This document shows, in pieces, positions 48,462 through 56,571 of a stretch of 64,000 bases of DNA. The first letter of the stretch is position 1. Each line of letters begins with the position of its first letter. The stretch covers positions 27,266 to 91,265 of the forward strand of contig CAZNSZ010000003.1 of the NCBI GenBank assembly GCA_964575865.1, written 5' to 3'. The notes beneath the pieces were generated by a model that was given only the letters and a program-made list of their open reading frames with translations, did no database searches and was not told where the DNA came from. Position numbers and translations under genes: made by a program. Origin of the DNA: an uncultured Bacteroides sp. GTDB lineage: Bacteria; Bacteroidota; Bacteroidia; Bacteroidales; GCA-2748055.

Positions 48462-49210
48462 AATCATCCAGGCGAAAATTCATGAAGGCCTCTTCGGCCG
48501 CTGCCGGTGCCATCCTGCTGACCTCGGCCATAAAACCGTTCCAAATGCTGCTCATGGCCTCTGATCCTCCCCCGGAGGAGGGCCCCTGGTGGGGGGTCGG
48601 GATCGATATCACACAGTGCATCGGGTGCGGAATGTGCGCGAAGGGCTGCAAGATGGAAAACGACGTCCCTGACGAGCCCTTTTATTTCAGGACCTGGGTG
48701 GAACAGTATACCATTCTCCACGACGGGGAGGTGCTGATCCAGTCCCCCAACGGAAGCATCGACGGTTTCACCCAGCCGGTCCCCGAAGAGGAGATCTTCA
48801 AGACCTTTTTCGTCCCCAAAATGTGCAACCACTGCGCCAAATCCCCCTGTACCCAGGTGTGCCCGGTGGGAGCCACCTTTGAAAGTCCTGACGGGGTGGC
48901 GCTGGTGGATGAAAAGTATTGCATCGGTTGCGCCTATTGCGTCCAGGCATGTCCTTACGGCTGCCGGTACATCCATCCTGAAAAGAAAGTGGCCGATAAA
49001 TGTACCCTCTGTTACCACCGGCTCAAGGAGGGTACCGATCCGGTCTGCATGGAAATCTGTCCCACCGGGGCCAGGTTATATGGTGACCTGCGTGACAGGG
49101 AAAGCAAGCTTGTGAAATTCTTGCGCGAACACGACTACCAGGTCCTGAAGCCGCACCTCAATACGGGATCTAAATTATTCTATAACGCGCTCACCGCAGA
49201 AATCAGCTGA
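48458..49210 (+). CDS. Tat-exported 4x[4Fe-4S] ferredoxin subunit (NrfC/PsrB/DsrO-like)
   Basis: Twin-arginine signal SRRKFMK. Four Cys clusters: CIGCGMCAKGC, CNHCAKSPCTQVCP, CIGCAYCVQACP and CTLC...CMEICP. The ATG overlaps the cytochrome stop (ATGA). Confidence 0.8.
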   Translation: MKSSRRKFMKASSAAAGAILLTSAIKPFQMLLMASDPPPEEGPWWGVGIDITQCIGCGMCAKGCKMENDVPDEPFYFRTWVEQYTILHDGEVLIQSPNGSIDGFTQPVPEEEIFKTFFVPKMCNHCAKSPCTQVCPVGATFESPDGVALVDEKYCIGCAYCVQACPYGCRYIHPEKKVADKCTLCYHRLKEGTDPVCMEICPTGARLYGDLRDRESKLVKFLREHDYQVLKPHLNTGSKLFYNALTAEIS

Positions 49211-49211
49211 T

Positions 49212-50411
49212 ATGGACCACACGCAACACCTCTATGACATGCTCTCCCAGGTGGAAGGATACATCTACCCCAACGAGATTGCCCTCCAGTGGGGGATCCT
49301 GGTGGTCCTTTATCCTTACATCACCGGGCTGGTAGCCGGGGCCTTCATCCTGGCCTCACTTGAACGCGTGTTCAAGGTCAAAGTTCTCCGTCCCACCTAT
49401 CAACTGGCACTGCTCACCGCACTCGCCTTCCTGATATGCGCCCCGCTGCCCCTGGTCTCCCATCTGGGACAGCCGGGCCGCGCCTACGAGATCATGATCA
49501 CCCCCCATGCCAAATCGGCCATGGCCATCTTCGGATTCGTCTACCTCTGGTACCTGATGGTGGTCCTGTTGCTGGAGATCTGGTTCGATTACCGGGCCGA
49601 TTTTGTTCGCTGGTCGAAGGAAAAAACCGGGTTCATGAAGCATGTCTACCGGGTGCTGAGCCTCGGGGTCAGCGACCTCTCGCCAAGGACAATCAGCTGG
49701 GACGAACGGCTGGGCTACATCATCACCATCATAGGGATCCCGTCCGCCTTCCTCCTGCACGGGTATGTGGGATTCATTTTCGGGTCCATCAAAGCCAACC
49801 CCTGGTGGTCCACCGTGCTGATGCCTGTGATCTTCCTCTTCTCTGCCATGGTCTCCGGCATCGCCCTGGTGATGGTCCTCTACATGGCGGTTTCTGCGAT
49901 CCGCAAAGTGAAAATCGACATGGCCTGCCTCGATATGGTGGGCAGGTATCTCTTTTACATGCTGATCCTCGACTTCGCCCTCGAATCCCTTGACCAGGTG
50001 CACCGGATCTACGAAGCAGAGGAATCGTTCGATATCCTCCACGTCCTGGTGAACGGCAGGCTGAACTACACCCTGTTCGGATTCCAGATCGGCCTCGGGA
50101 CCCTGGTACCGCTGATTGCCCTGGGGATCCTTCAGGTAACCAAAATGGAAGAACGCATCCGGAAAACCATCTACCTGGCTTCCGGCATCCTGGTGCTGAT
50201 GGGGATCTTTTTCATGCGCTGGAATGTGGTAATCGGCGGCCAGCTCTTTTCCAAAGGCTTCCACGGATTCACCGATTTCAAACTTTCCCTTGCCGGTTCC
50301 GAGGGCCTTTTCATGGCCATCATGTGGATGGCCCTGCCCTTCGGCATCCTGGCATTCCTGCTCTGGCTGATGCCTCCATGGAAAAAACAGGAAGCCCTCT
50401 CTGAACCCTAA
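49212..50411 (+). CDS. NrfD/PsrC-family integral membrane quinone-interacting subunit
   Basis: 399 aa with ~10 TM helices. It starts 1 nt after the NrfC-like stop, and its size and position are typical of NrfD-like subunits. Confidence 0.65.
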   Translation: MDHTQHLYDMLSQVEGYIYPNEIALQWGILVVLYPYITGLVAGAFILASLERVFKVKVLRPTYQLALLTALAFLICAPLPLVSHLGQPGRAYEIMITPHAKSAMAIFGFVYLWYLMVVLLLEIWFDYRADFVRWSKEKTGFMKHVYRVLSLGVSDLSPRTISWDERLGYIITIIGIPSAFLLHGYVGFIFGSIKANPWWSTVLMPVIFLFSAMVSGIALVMVLYMAVSAIRKVKIDMACLDMVGRYLFYMLILDFALESLDQVHRIYEAEESFDILHVLVNGRLNYTLFGFQIGLGTLVPLIALGILQVTKMEERIRKTIYLASGILVLMGIFFMRWNVVIGGQLFSKGFHGFTDFKLSLAGSEGLFMAIMWMALPFGILAFLLWLMPPWKKQEALSEP

Positions 50412-50424
50412 AAAACACTCCCGG

Positions 50425-52107
50425 ATGAAAGCACCACCCGAACATCTTGACCACCGGCTGGAGGAACTCCGGCAGCGGATAGAGGAGCTGGAGCAACGGG
50501 TCGGGCAACTGGAAGCCGGCTCCCCGGTCAGTGAACCCTCCTTCACCGTCAGGATCGCTGCTGATCCAGAAGAGGATGACCGGCAGCTGAAAAAGAGCAG
50601 TGCAGAGCCCGTCGAATCGGTGGAATCCCGGATAGGCGAGTACGGCATGGCCTGGCTGGGCAACTTTGTGCTGCTTTTCGGGATCCTTTTCCTCACACAG
50701 TTCCTCCGGATCAGGGAGCAGGAGCTGCTGTCCCTTGTCCTGGGACTCGTTTCAGTTGCTGCCGTTTACCTTGCAGGGTACCTGACCCGGCCCTCCTTTC
50801 CCTACCTGTCGGGATTGTTCGGATACAATGGCCACATCCTGCTCTTCATGATTGCCATGCAGGTCTATCTCCTTCCCGGGAACCGGCTGACCGGCAATGC
50901 GTTGATCGGAGAAGGCATTGTGCTTGCAGTGATCGGCGTCATGTTTTACCTCACCCTGAAAAGGGAGTCCCAGGTGCTCGCCATCATCACCTGGATCATG
51001 GCCACGGTGGCAGCCATTGCCAGTAACCAGACCCACCTGATGCTCCCGCTGATGGTGGCAGTGGCATGGAGTGCCCTCTTTGTGACCTACCGGTACAACT
51101 GGGGGGCCGCTCTGATCACTTCCGTTATACTGGTCTATTTTACCTTCCTGATCTGGATCCTGGGAGATCCCTTTGTGACCCATCAGACCGGCGTCATCAC
51201 CTCCCACCAGTTCAGTTTCCTGTACCTTTTTGCATGTGCGATGGCGTACACCTTCCTGACCGTGCTCCCCCGGTCGGAACGTTTCAAAGAGGGGACGATC
51301 AATGCTGCCATACTCCTGAACGGAATGGGCTTTTCCACCATCCTGACCATTTCGGTACTGGCCTTCTTTCCCGATGACTATTTCCTTCTGTTCGGTGTGA
51401 TCGCAGCATGCTGCATGGGATTCGCCGTCTGGTTGCAGTCCCGTGGTGTATGGAAAAGGATTTCCGCCCTGTACGCCATATACGGCTTCATCGCACTGAG
51501 TATATGCGTGGCGGGGGCATTCGGATTCCCCAGGGCATTTCTGGCGCTGGCACTGCAGAGCCTGCTGGTAGTATCGGTTGCCCTCTGGTTCCGCTCACGG
51601 TTCATGGTGGTCATGAACACCCTCCTGGTGCTCGGATTGCTGATCACCTACCTTGCCCTGCCTGAAAATGAACACCCGGTCAATTTCAGCTTCGCCCTGG
51701 TGGCACTGGTGACTGCAAGGGTGTTGAACTGGAAAAAGAAAAGGCTGGAGATCCGGACCGAACTGATCCGGAACACCTATCTCATCACCGGGGCTTCCGT
51801 ATGGCTGTACAGCCTGCACGAAGTCATCCCGGCCCATTTCATTTCACTCTCCTGGGTGTTGTCGGCAGTGGTATTTTTCCTGCTCAGCCTTCTGCTGCAT
51901 AACATCAAGTACCGCTGGCTGGCCATCGGGACCATGATCGTTACCGTATTCTATGTGTTCATCGTGGACCTGAAGAGCATCAGCCTGGGATACCGGGTTG
52001 TGGCATTGCTGCTGATCGCTGTCATCTCCCTCAGCATCTCCATATTCTATTCCAGGAAGCTTAAAAATGATCCTGACGGAAAGGGGAAGCCGGATCCGGC
52101 CCCTTAG
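50425..52107 (+). CDS. polytopic membrane protein with N-terminal coiled coil (DUF2339-like)
   Basis: LEELRQRIEELEQRVGQLE followed by 12 or more hydrophobic helices. Lies 13 nt after the NrfD-like gene. Confidence 0.45.
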   Translation: MKAPPEHLDHRLEELRQRIEELEQRVGQLEAGSPVSEPSFTVRIAADPEEDDRQLKKSSAEPVESVESRIGEYGMAWLGNFVLLFGILFLTQFLRIREQELLSLVLGLVSVAAVYLAGYLTRPSFPYLSGLFGYNGHILLFMIAMQVYLLPGNRLTGNALIGEGIVLAVIGVMFYLTLKRESQVLAIITWIMATVAAIASNQTHLMLPLMVAVAWSALFVTYRYNWGAALITSVILVYFTFLIWILGDPFVTHQTGVITSHQFSFLYLFACAMAYTFLTVLPRSERFKEGTINAAILLNGMGFSTILTISVLAFFPDDYFLLFGVIAACCMGFAVWLQSRGVWKRISALYAIYGFIALSICVAGAFGFPRAFLALALQSLLVVSVALWFRSRFMVVMNTLLVLGLLITYLALPENEHPVNFSFALVALVTARVLNWKKKRLEIRTELIRNTYLITGASVWLYSLHEVIPAHFISLSWVLSAVVFFLLSLLLHNIKYRWLAIGTMIVTVFYVFIVDLKSISLGYRVVALLLIAVISLSISIFYSRKLKNDPDGKGKPDPAP

Positions 52108-52114
52108 GTCCTGA

Positions 52115-52528
52115 TCAGCTCCCTGTGGTTTCCTCCTCAGGCATGGGCTCCACTGCAGCCCTGGATTCCTTCGCCGGTTTCGGCGAATCCGCATTCCTGG
52201 GGGAGAGAAACAGGAAATTGTCACAGACGATCTCCGTACTGAAATGGCGGTTCCCTTCCGGGTCCTCCCAGGAGTTGGTGGAAATTTTCCCTTCCACATA
52301 AAGGGCATCCCCTTTTTTCACATGCTGTTTCACGATCTCGGCAGGCCGGTTCCAGACCACAATCCGGTGCCATTCGGTCCGACGCACCTCCTCCCCTTCC
52401 TTATCCTTCCAGACCTCGTTGGTGGCCAGCGGGAAGTTGGCCACAAAAGCCTGGCCGTCCCGTTCGGACACGCGGGGGGCCTCACCCACGTTCCCTACGA
52501 GCGTTACTCTGTTTACACCATATTTCAT
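52115..52528 (-). CDS. ssb: single-stranded DNA-binding protein
   Basis: OB-fold N-terminus MKYGVNRVTLVGNVG...TEWHRIVVWN. The C-terminus ends PEEETTGS, without a canonical D-D-(I/L)-P-F tip. Confidence 0.85.
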   Translation of the reverse strand: MKYGVNRVTLVGNVGEAPRVSERDGQAFVANFPLATNEVWKDKEGEEVRRTEWHRIVVWNRPAEIVKQHVKKGDALYVEGKISTNSWEDPEGNRHFSTEIVCDNFLFLSPRNADSPKPAKESRAAVEPMPEEETTGS

Positions 52529-52580
52529 AATGCTAAAGATTTGGTTACAGAAGTTAATGTGGCGAGGAGTGGGGATATCG
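52493..52580 (-). repeat. ssb 5'-region repeat, copy A (functional copy, contiguous with ssb)
   Basis: The first 12 ssb codons plus ~52 nt upstream. Aligns by eye with 53231-53322 and 53929-54021. Confidence 0.85.
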
Positions 52581-52621
52581 TTGATGGAGCAGTGAGAAAT
52601 GAGATCGCGCTTAAATCACGT

Positions 52622-52921
52622 TCATAAATCATCTTTCTTTTTCGGGTCAGATCTGTTATCAAAGAGATCGAGTAATATGATTTGATCACCTTCGATCATG
52701 TAAAATATACTGACGTGTTTAGTAATAGAAAAGCCCCTGATATTCTTCTCAGGGTATTGCATGGCACCTATTTCAGGGAATTCAGTCAAAATCTCCAGAA
52801 AATCATAAAGCTTTCTCATAAAAGCCATTACAACACTTTCTCCCCACTTTGTTTCTAGATAAATGATTATTTGATCAAGCTTAATATCCGCTCTGGTGGT
52901 CCAGCGTATCTCTAAAGCCAT
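52622..52921 (-). CDS. RelE/ParE-family type II toxin
   Basis: 99 aa. It overlaps the upstream small gene by 10 nt. Sequence style (IRWTTRADIKLDQIIIYL...GDQIILLDLFDNRSDP) fits Bacteroidota ParE-like plasmid-stabilisation toxins. Confidence 0.65.
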   Translation of the reverse strand: MALEIRWTTRADIKLDQIIIYLETKWGESVVMAFMRKLYDFLEILTEFPEIGAMQYPEKNIRGFSITKHVSIFYMIEGDQIILLDLFDNRSDPKKKDDL

Positions 52922-53154
52922 TTCTTATGCTTCGCCTTTTGCTTTTCGTGGTCGACCAAGTTTTCTTTGTATTTTGACTCAGATTCTGAAATTAATAATT
53001 CTTTCCTCTGCTCATCCGAGAGTTGATTCCATAAATCACCTTCATTCTGGTCTTTGGATTTCGAAAGTAAATCATAGAGTTTAATTAATAGTTGATCATT
53101 TTCAATCTCATCAATGAGTTGATGGAGGTTAGTTCGTATATCTGACTGTTTCAT
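52912..53154 (-). CDS. putative antitoxin (partner of 52622..52921)
   Basis: 80-aa acidic helical protein directly upstream of, and overlapping, the toxin. A TATCTTTG -7 box lies 14 nt upstream. Confidence 0.55.
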   Translation of the reverse strand: MKQSDIRTNLHQLIDEIENDQLLIKLYDLLSKSKDQNEGDLWNQLSDEQRKELLISESESKYKENLVDHEKQKAKHKKWL

Positions 53155-53168
53155 TTTAGACTTTTATT

Positions 53169-53176
53169 CAAAGATA
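53169..53176 (-). promoter_or_regulatory. candidate -7 promoter box (TATCTTTG) of TA cassette 1
   Basis: Plus strand CAAAGATA is the minus strand TATCTTTG. It lies 14 nt upstream of the antitoxin ATG at 53154. Confidence 0.35.
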
Positions 53177-53266
53177 CTAAAACCTATAGTGCATTTCCTC
53201 AGAACCAGAACTAGTACAAATAAACTGCACCCCTACGAGCGTTACACGATTAACTCCGTATTTCAT
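53177..53266 (-). pseudogene. ssb 5' stub (12 ssb codons, then unrelated sequence and stop)
   Basis: ATG AAA TAC GGA GTT AAT CGT GTA ACG CTC GTA GGG encodes MKYGVNRVTLVG, then diverges (VQFICTSSGSEEMHYRF*). Confidence 0.7.
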
Positions 53267-53322
53267 ATTGCTTAAGATTTGGTTACGGGGGTTGATGTGA
53301 TGAGGGGCGGGGAGATCGGTCA
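53213..53322 (-). repeat. ssb 5'-region repeat, copy B
   Basis: 110 nt collinear with copy C (53912-54021), including the extra shared AGTACAAATAAACT. The right ~90 nt align with copy A. Confidence 0.85.
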
Positions 53323-53323
53323 A

Positions 53324-53581
53324 CTATCTGTAGATGTCTTTCCTGTGACCTATTTTTATAACCAGGACAACCAGTTTATCATCCTCAATGGAATATACAA
53401 TCCTGTATCTGCCTTGCCGTATGCGATATTTTTCATCTGCAGTAAGTTTCTCACAACCCGGAGGTCTTGGATTTGATGAAAGGCTTCGGATCTTGCCAAT
53501 TATCCTGGATAGATCTCGTTTTGGGATCTTCTGAAGTTCCTTTACGGCAGTGGGTTTAATGTAGATTTTATATTTTCCCAC
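53324..53581 (-). CDS. RelE/ParE-family type II toxin
   Basis: 85 aa. KYRIRQGRYRIVYSIEDDKLVVLVIKIGHRKDIY is a classic RelE/ParE C-terminal pattern. Confidence 0.8.
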   Translation of the reverse strand: MGKYKIYIKPTAVKELQKIPKRDLSRIIGKIRSLSSNPRPPGCEKLTADEKYRIRQGRYRIVYSIEDDKLVVLVIKIGHRKDIYR

Positions 53582-53801
53582 TAGACCTTAATTCTTTCAG
53601 CACATATTCAAAATCCAGGTTGGGTTCATTGAGACGGCTTTCAAAAGCTTCAAGGTCTTCAAAGTCCTCAGCGAGGGAATTTCGAATAGCCTCATTTACC
53701 AGGTCCGATATCGATCTTGATGCCTGTGCAGCCTTGATCTTAAGGGCTCTATGAATCCTTGGATCCAGGTAAACAGTAGCTCGTTTTAAATCAGTTTTCA
53801 T
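53568..53801 (-). CDS. ribbon-helix-helix-type antitoxin
   Basis: 77 aa. The RATVYLDPRIHRALKIKAAQASRSISDLVNEAI strand-helix-helix pattern is present. Overlaps the toxin start by 14 nt. Confidence 0.7.
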   Translation of the reverse strand: MKTDLKRATVYLDPRIHRALKIKAAQASRSISDLVNEAIRNSLAEDFEDLEAFESRLNEPNLDFEYVLKELRSSGKI

Positions 53802-53806
53802 AGATA

Positions 53807-53814
53807 CAAATATA
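53807..53814 (-). promoter_or_regulatory. candidate -7 promoter box (TATATTTG) of TA cassette 2
   Basis: Plus strand CAAATATA is the minus strand TATATTTG. It lies 5 nt upstream of the antitoxin ATG, which implies a near-leaderless mRNA. Confidence 0.3.
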
Positions 53815-53911
53815 CAGAAAAATGTTAAAACGTTATGCTGCTATGTTCGTTATAACATTGTTCTATTTCACTGATAGACTGCCAACTTGGTTAATAGCCT
53901 CAAGAATAATA

Positions 53912-54021
53912 AGTACAAATAAACTACTCCCCAACAAGCGTTACACGATGTACTCCGTATTTCATAATGATTAAGATTTGGTTACAGGGGTTAATGTGAT
54001 GAGGGATGAGGAGATCGGTCA
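53912..54021 (-). repeat. ssb 5'-region repeat, copy C
   Basis: See copy B. Contains the stub ATG AAA TAC GGA GTA CAT CGT GTA ACG CTT GTT GGG GAG TAG. Confidence 0.85.
53924..53965 (-). pseudogene. ssb 5' stub (MKYGVHRVTLVGE*)
   Basis: Hand translation of the minus strand: 12 ssb-like codons followed by a stop. Confidence 0.7.
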
Positions 54022-54122
54022 GCAAGCCCTGTGGATTTACTTGATCATTGACTTAAGTTCATATACTCAATATTTTAGACAATTCAATTACATTTTGAAC
54101 GACCAATCACTTTTAAGTAAAA

Positions 54123-55430
54123 ATGAAACGACCACTAAGCTTCTCGGGACTAATTCTGTGTATAATTCTTTTTAGCTGTACAACCGAATATATATATGTT
54201 AAAACATTGCCAAGGCCTGATTGCAGTGGAGAAACCAGTATAGAGAAGGAGTTCTACAAGAACACCAAGAAATTACTAGTGATACCTGATGCCCCTTCTG
54301 ATCCCATTGAATTCAACAAGGTCCTAAGCTTCTATAAAGCCCAATATCCCGATTCTCTGGTAAAAACAGAATCTGAGCTTGTTCAGGATGATTTTTCAAA
54401 AGGATTAGACATTTATGGTAATATCAATGACTTCGAAAACTGGGAGGTTTTCAATCTGCCCATCAAGCAACTGGCCTTTGGATTCAAGTTTTCAAATCGG
54501 AAGTATACAAATGATGCTGATGCAATGTATTACATCTCAAAGAACAGGAGGATTTTCACTGGCAATTCTATCAAGATCATCAGAGAAATAGAGAACACCG
54601 CGGCAGGATTCTATAAATATATCATATTCCGGAACGGCCTATTATCAGAATATGGCTTTCCGGATGATAGCAGAATTGATATTGATCAATTAAGGGTATC
54701 CAACTTCAATCAATCATCATCAAAGTTCTTTAATCTTTTTGTAGATAAGAATTTCCCCAGGGATACAAGAATCGATGATTCTGTAGTAACAGACATCTGC
54801 GAACGAATGAAAATACCCTATCCTGACTTTACAATTAATGCTTTCCTGCATGACGATGCGAATTCAACGAGATTGTTTACCAACTTCTTCTATATGACCG
54901 GATGCGATACATTGGAAAAGGATCTCATGATCAACACGGTGGCCTTTAATGGGATCCATACAAATGGGTTGGATCTGGAAATGATAAAACATGAAACCTC
55001 TCATATGTTATGGAATACCAGTGTCGGATCACCCGGAGAGCAATCATTCTTAAATGAGGGAATTCAGGAGTATTATCAACAATTGCTTGATTCATCACGA
55101 ATACATCGGAACATTGAAGTATTAACCCGATTTCCTGACTATGACATAATTAACCTGATTATAAGAGGCAATTTTCAGGATTTCTGGGGTGGTCCTGCCG
55201 AGAATTACTGGCCTATCGCATATAATATATCGGGCTTATTCGTTAAGTATCTGATTGATAACTGGGGCCTTGAAAATTTTAAAAAGTTTTATCCGATAGC
55301 TGACAGGGAAAAAGCATACTGGCAGATATACAAAAGGACGCCAATGGAACTGAAAAATGAATTTTACAGCTGGATGCGAAGCAGGATATGCAGGAGGCAG
55401 CTTCCGTGGCTCAACGGACTTTCTTTTTGA
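54123..55430 (+). CDS. lipoprotein with gluzincin (M1-like) HExxH...E metallopeptidase motif
   Basis: Lipobox ILFSC. HETSHMLWNTSVGSPGEQSFLNEGIQEYY parallels the M1 HExxH-X18-E / WLNEGFA arrangement. The region is AT-rich. Confidence 0.5.
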   Translation: MKRPLSFSGLILCIILFSCTTEYIYVKTLPRPDCSGETSIEKEFYKNTKKLLVIPDAPSDPIEFNKVLSFYKAQYPDSLVKTESELVQDDFSKGLDIYGNINDFENWEVFNLPIKQLAFGFKFSNRKYTNDADAMYYISKNRRIFTGNSIKIIREIENTAAGFYKYIIFRNGLLSEYGFPDDSRIDIDQLRVSNFNQSSSKFFNLFVDKNFPRDTRIDDSVVTDICERMKIPYPDFTINAFLHDDANSTRLFTNFFYMTGCDTLEKDLMINTVAFNGIHTNGLDLEMIKHETSHMLWNTSVGSPGEQSFLNEGIQEYYQQLLDSSRIHRNIEVLTRFPDYDIINLIIRGNFQDFWGGPAENYWPIAYNISGLFVKYLIDNWGLENFKKFYPIADREKAYWQIYKRTPMELKNEFYSWMRSRICRRQLPWLNGLSF

Positions 55431-56433
55431 GTGTCTCACTGGGTAATTCTCCAAACCGGTCAAAGTAGTATTTCCCAAAGCGGTTCACATCGAAGATACC
55501 CACACCGATCGCCACATGCTTAACGGAGGTCTGTTGAGGCCCATCCTTCAGGATCTGATTGGCCTTCAACAACTTTCGTTCTTTAAGGAATTGCATCGGA
55601 GTGTAGTTACGGTGCTTTTTAAAGGCTTTCTGCAGATTCCGAGGAGTGGTAAACACCCTGTCGGCTACCTCCTGAATGGTGGAAATATCCGCACAGTGGC
55701 TTTCCATAATCTCCTCCGCTTTGAACACCAGCCTCTTATCCGGCGACTCGTTCAGCAGACTTTTTTTCTGTAACAGGTCCCCCATCAGATCGGCGGCCAT
55801 CAGCAGGCTGATTTCCCTGATGTTCATCTTTGCCACCAGCGATTCCCTCAGGCTGGAGAAGGTCTTCACAACATGGATGGTCGACCCGATGTAGTAGAAG
55901 AGCGCCTTGACTTTCTCATCCAGAAAATTGATCTTCTGAAAGTACCCGGATAATTCCCGGACACCGTATTTCATGTCCAGCATGTTGATCAGGTCCTGGT
56001 GATTGATAATGACCATATAATTGTTCACCTCTGCCGAAGAATTGTAGTACAGCACTTCATCAACCGCGGTCAATACGTTCCCGGTTTCCCGTGCTTTGTT
56101 CTTCACTCGTTGATGAACTGCCTGGGTGTCGAAATGCCCGAAGCGCGGCATTGAGATCACACAGTCTTTCATGCTGGTCCCATGGATGGATTCGATGTTA
56201 TAGCCTTTGAAGTTCCCGATAAAGAAATCCTCTATTACAATTCCTTCGCCGATGGAAGAGAGGTCCTTGTCAAATGGTTTGCAGTCGAACGTACTCCCTT
56301 TGAAGATGGACTCAAATGCTCTGTTCAGGTCTTCAACAGACGAAATACAATCGGTAATATATTTTCCCTTCATGCCGGCTACGGGTTCATCGTAAGGATG
56401 GGATTTGCCCTTCCGTAAGTCCTGGTTATACAT
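55411..56433 (-). CDS. AraC-family transcriptional regulator
   Basis: C-terminal double HTH (ISTIQEVADRVFTTPRNLQKAFKKHRNYTPMQFLKERKL...VKHVAIGVGIFDVNRFGKYYFDRFGELPS). Confidence 0.8.
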   Translation of the reverse strand: MYNQDLRKGKSHPYDEPVAGMKGKYITDCISSVEDLNRAFESIFKGSTFDCKPFDKDLSSIGEGIVIEDFFIGNFKGYNIESIHGTSMKDCVISMPRFGHFDTQAVHQRVKNKARETGNVLTAVDEVLYYNSSAEVNNYMVIINHQDLINMLDMKYGVRELSGYFQKINFLDEKVKALFYYIGSTIHVVKTFSSLRESLVAKMNIREISLLMAADLMGDLLQKKSLLNESPDKRLVFKAEEIMESHCADISTIQEVADRVFTTPRNLQKAFKKHRNYTPMQFLKERKLLKANQILKDGPQQTSVKHVAIGVGIFDVNRFGKYYFDRFGELPSETLKKKVR

Positions 56434-56571
56434 GTTTCAATTGGGAACTGCAGCAGTCATATGAAAAAAACGAATTTCAATATACATAAACCGAATTTAA
56501 ACATGTATCAGCAGATCCCAATGATCAAAATCCATCCTTCATCTGTTTATGGTATTTGAAAAACAAAAAAA

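Noticed and set aside
53279-53476. Two plus-strand 65-aa ORFs (53279-53476 and 53978-54175) share the N-terminus MVTGV(D/N)VMR..EIGQ, which at first looked like a conserved small gene family.
   Set aside because: The similarity is just the reverse strand of the ssb 5'-region repeat. Past the repeat the two ORFs are unrelated. The first runs antisense through a well-supported RelE/ParE gene.
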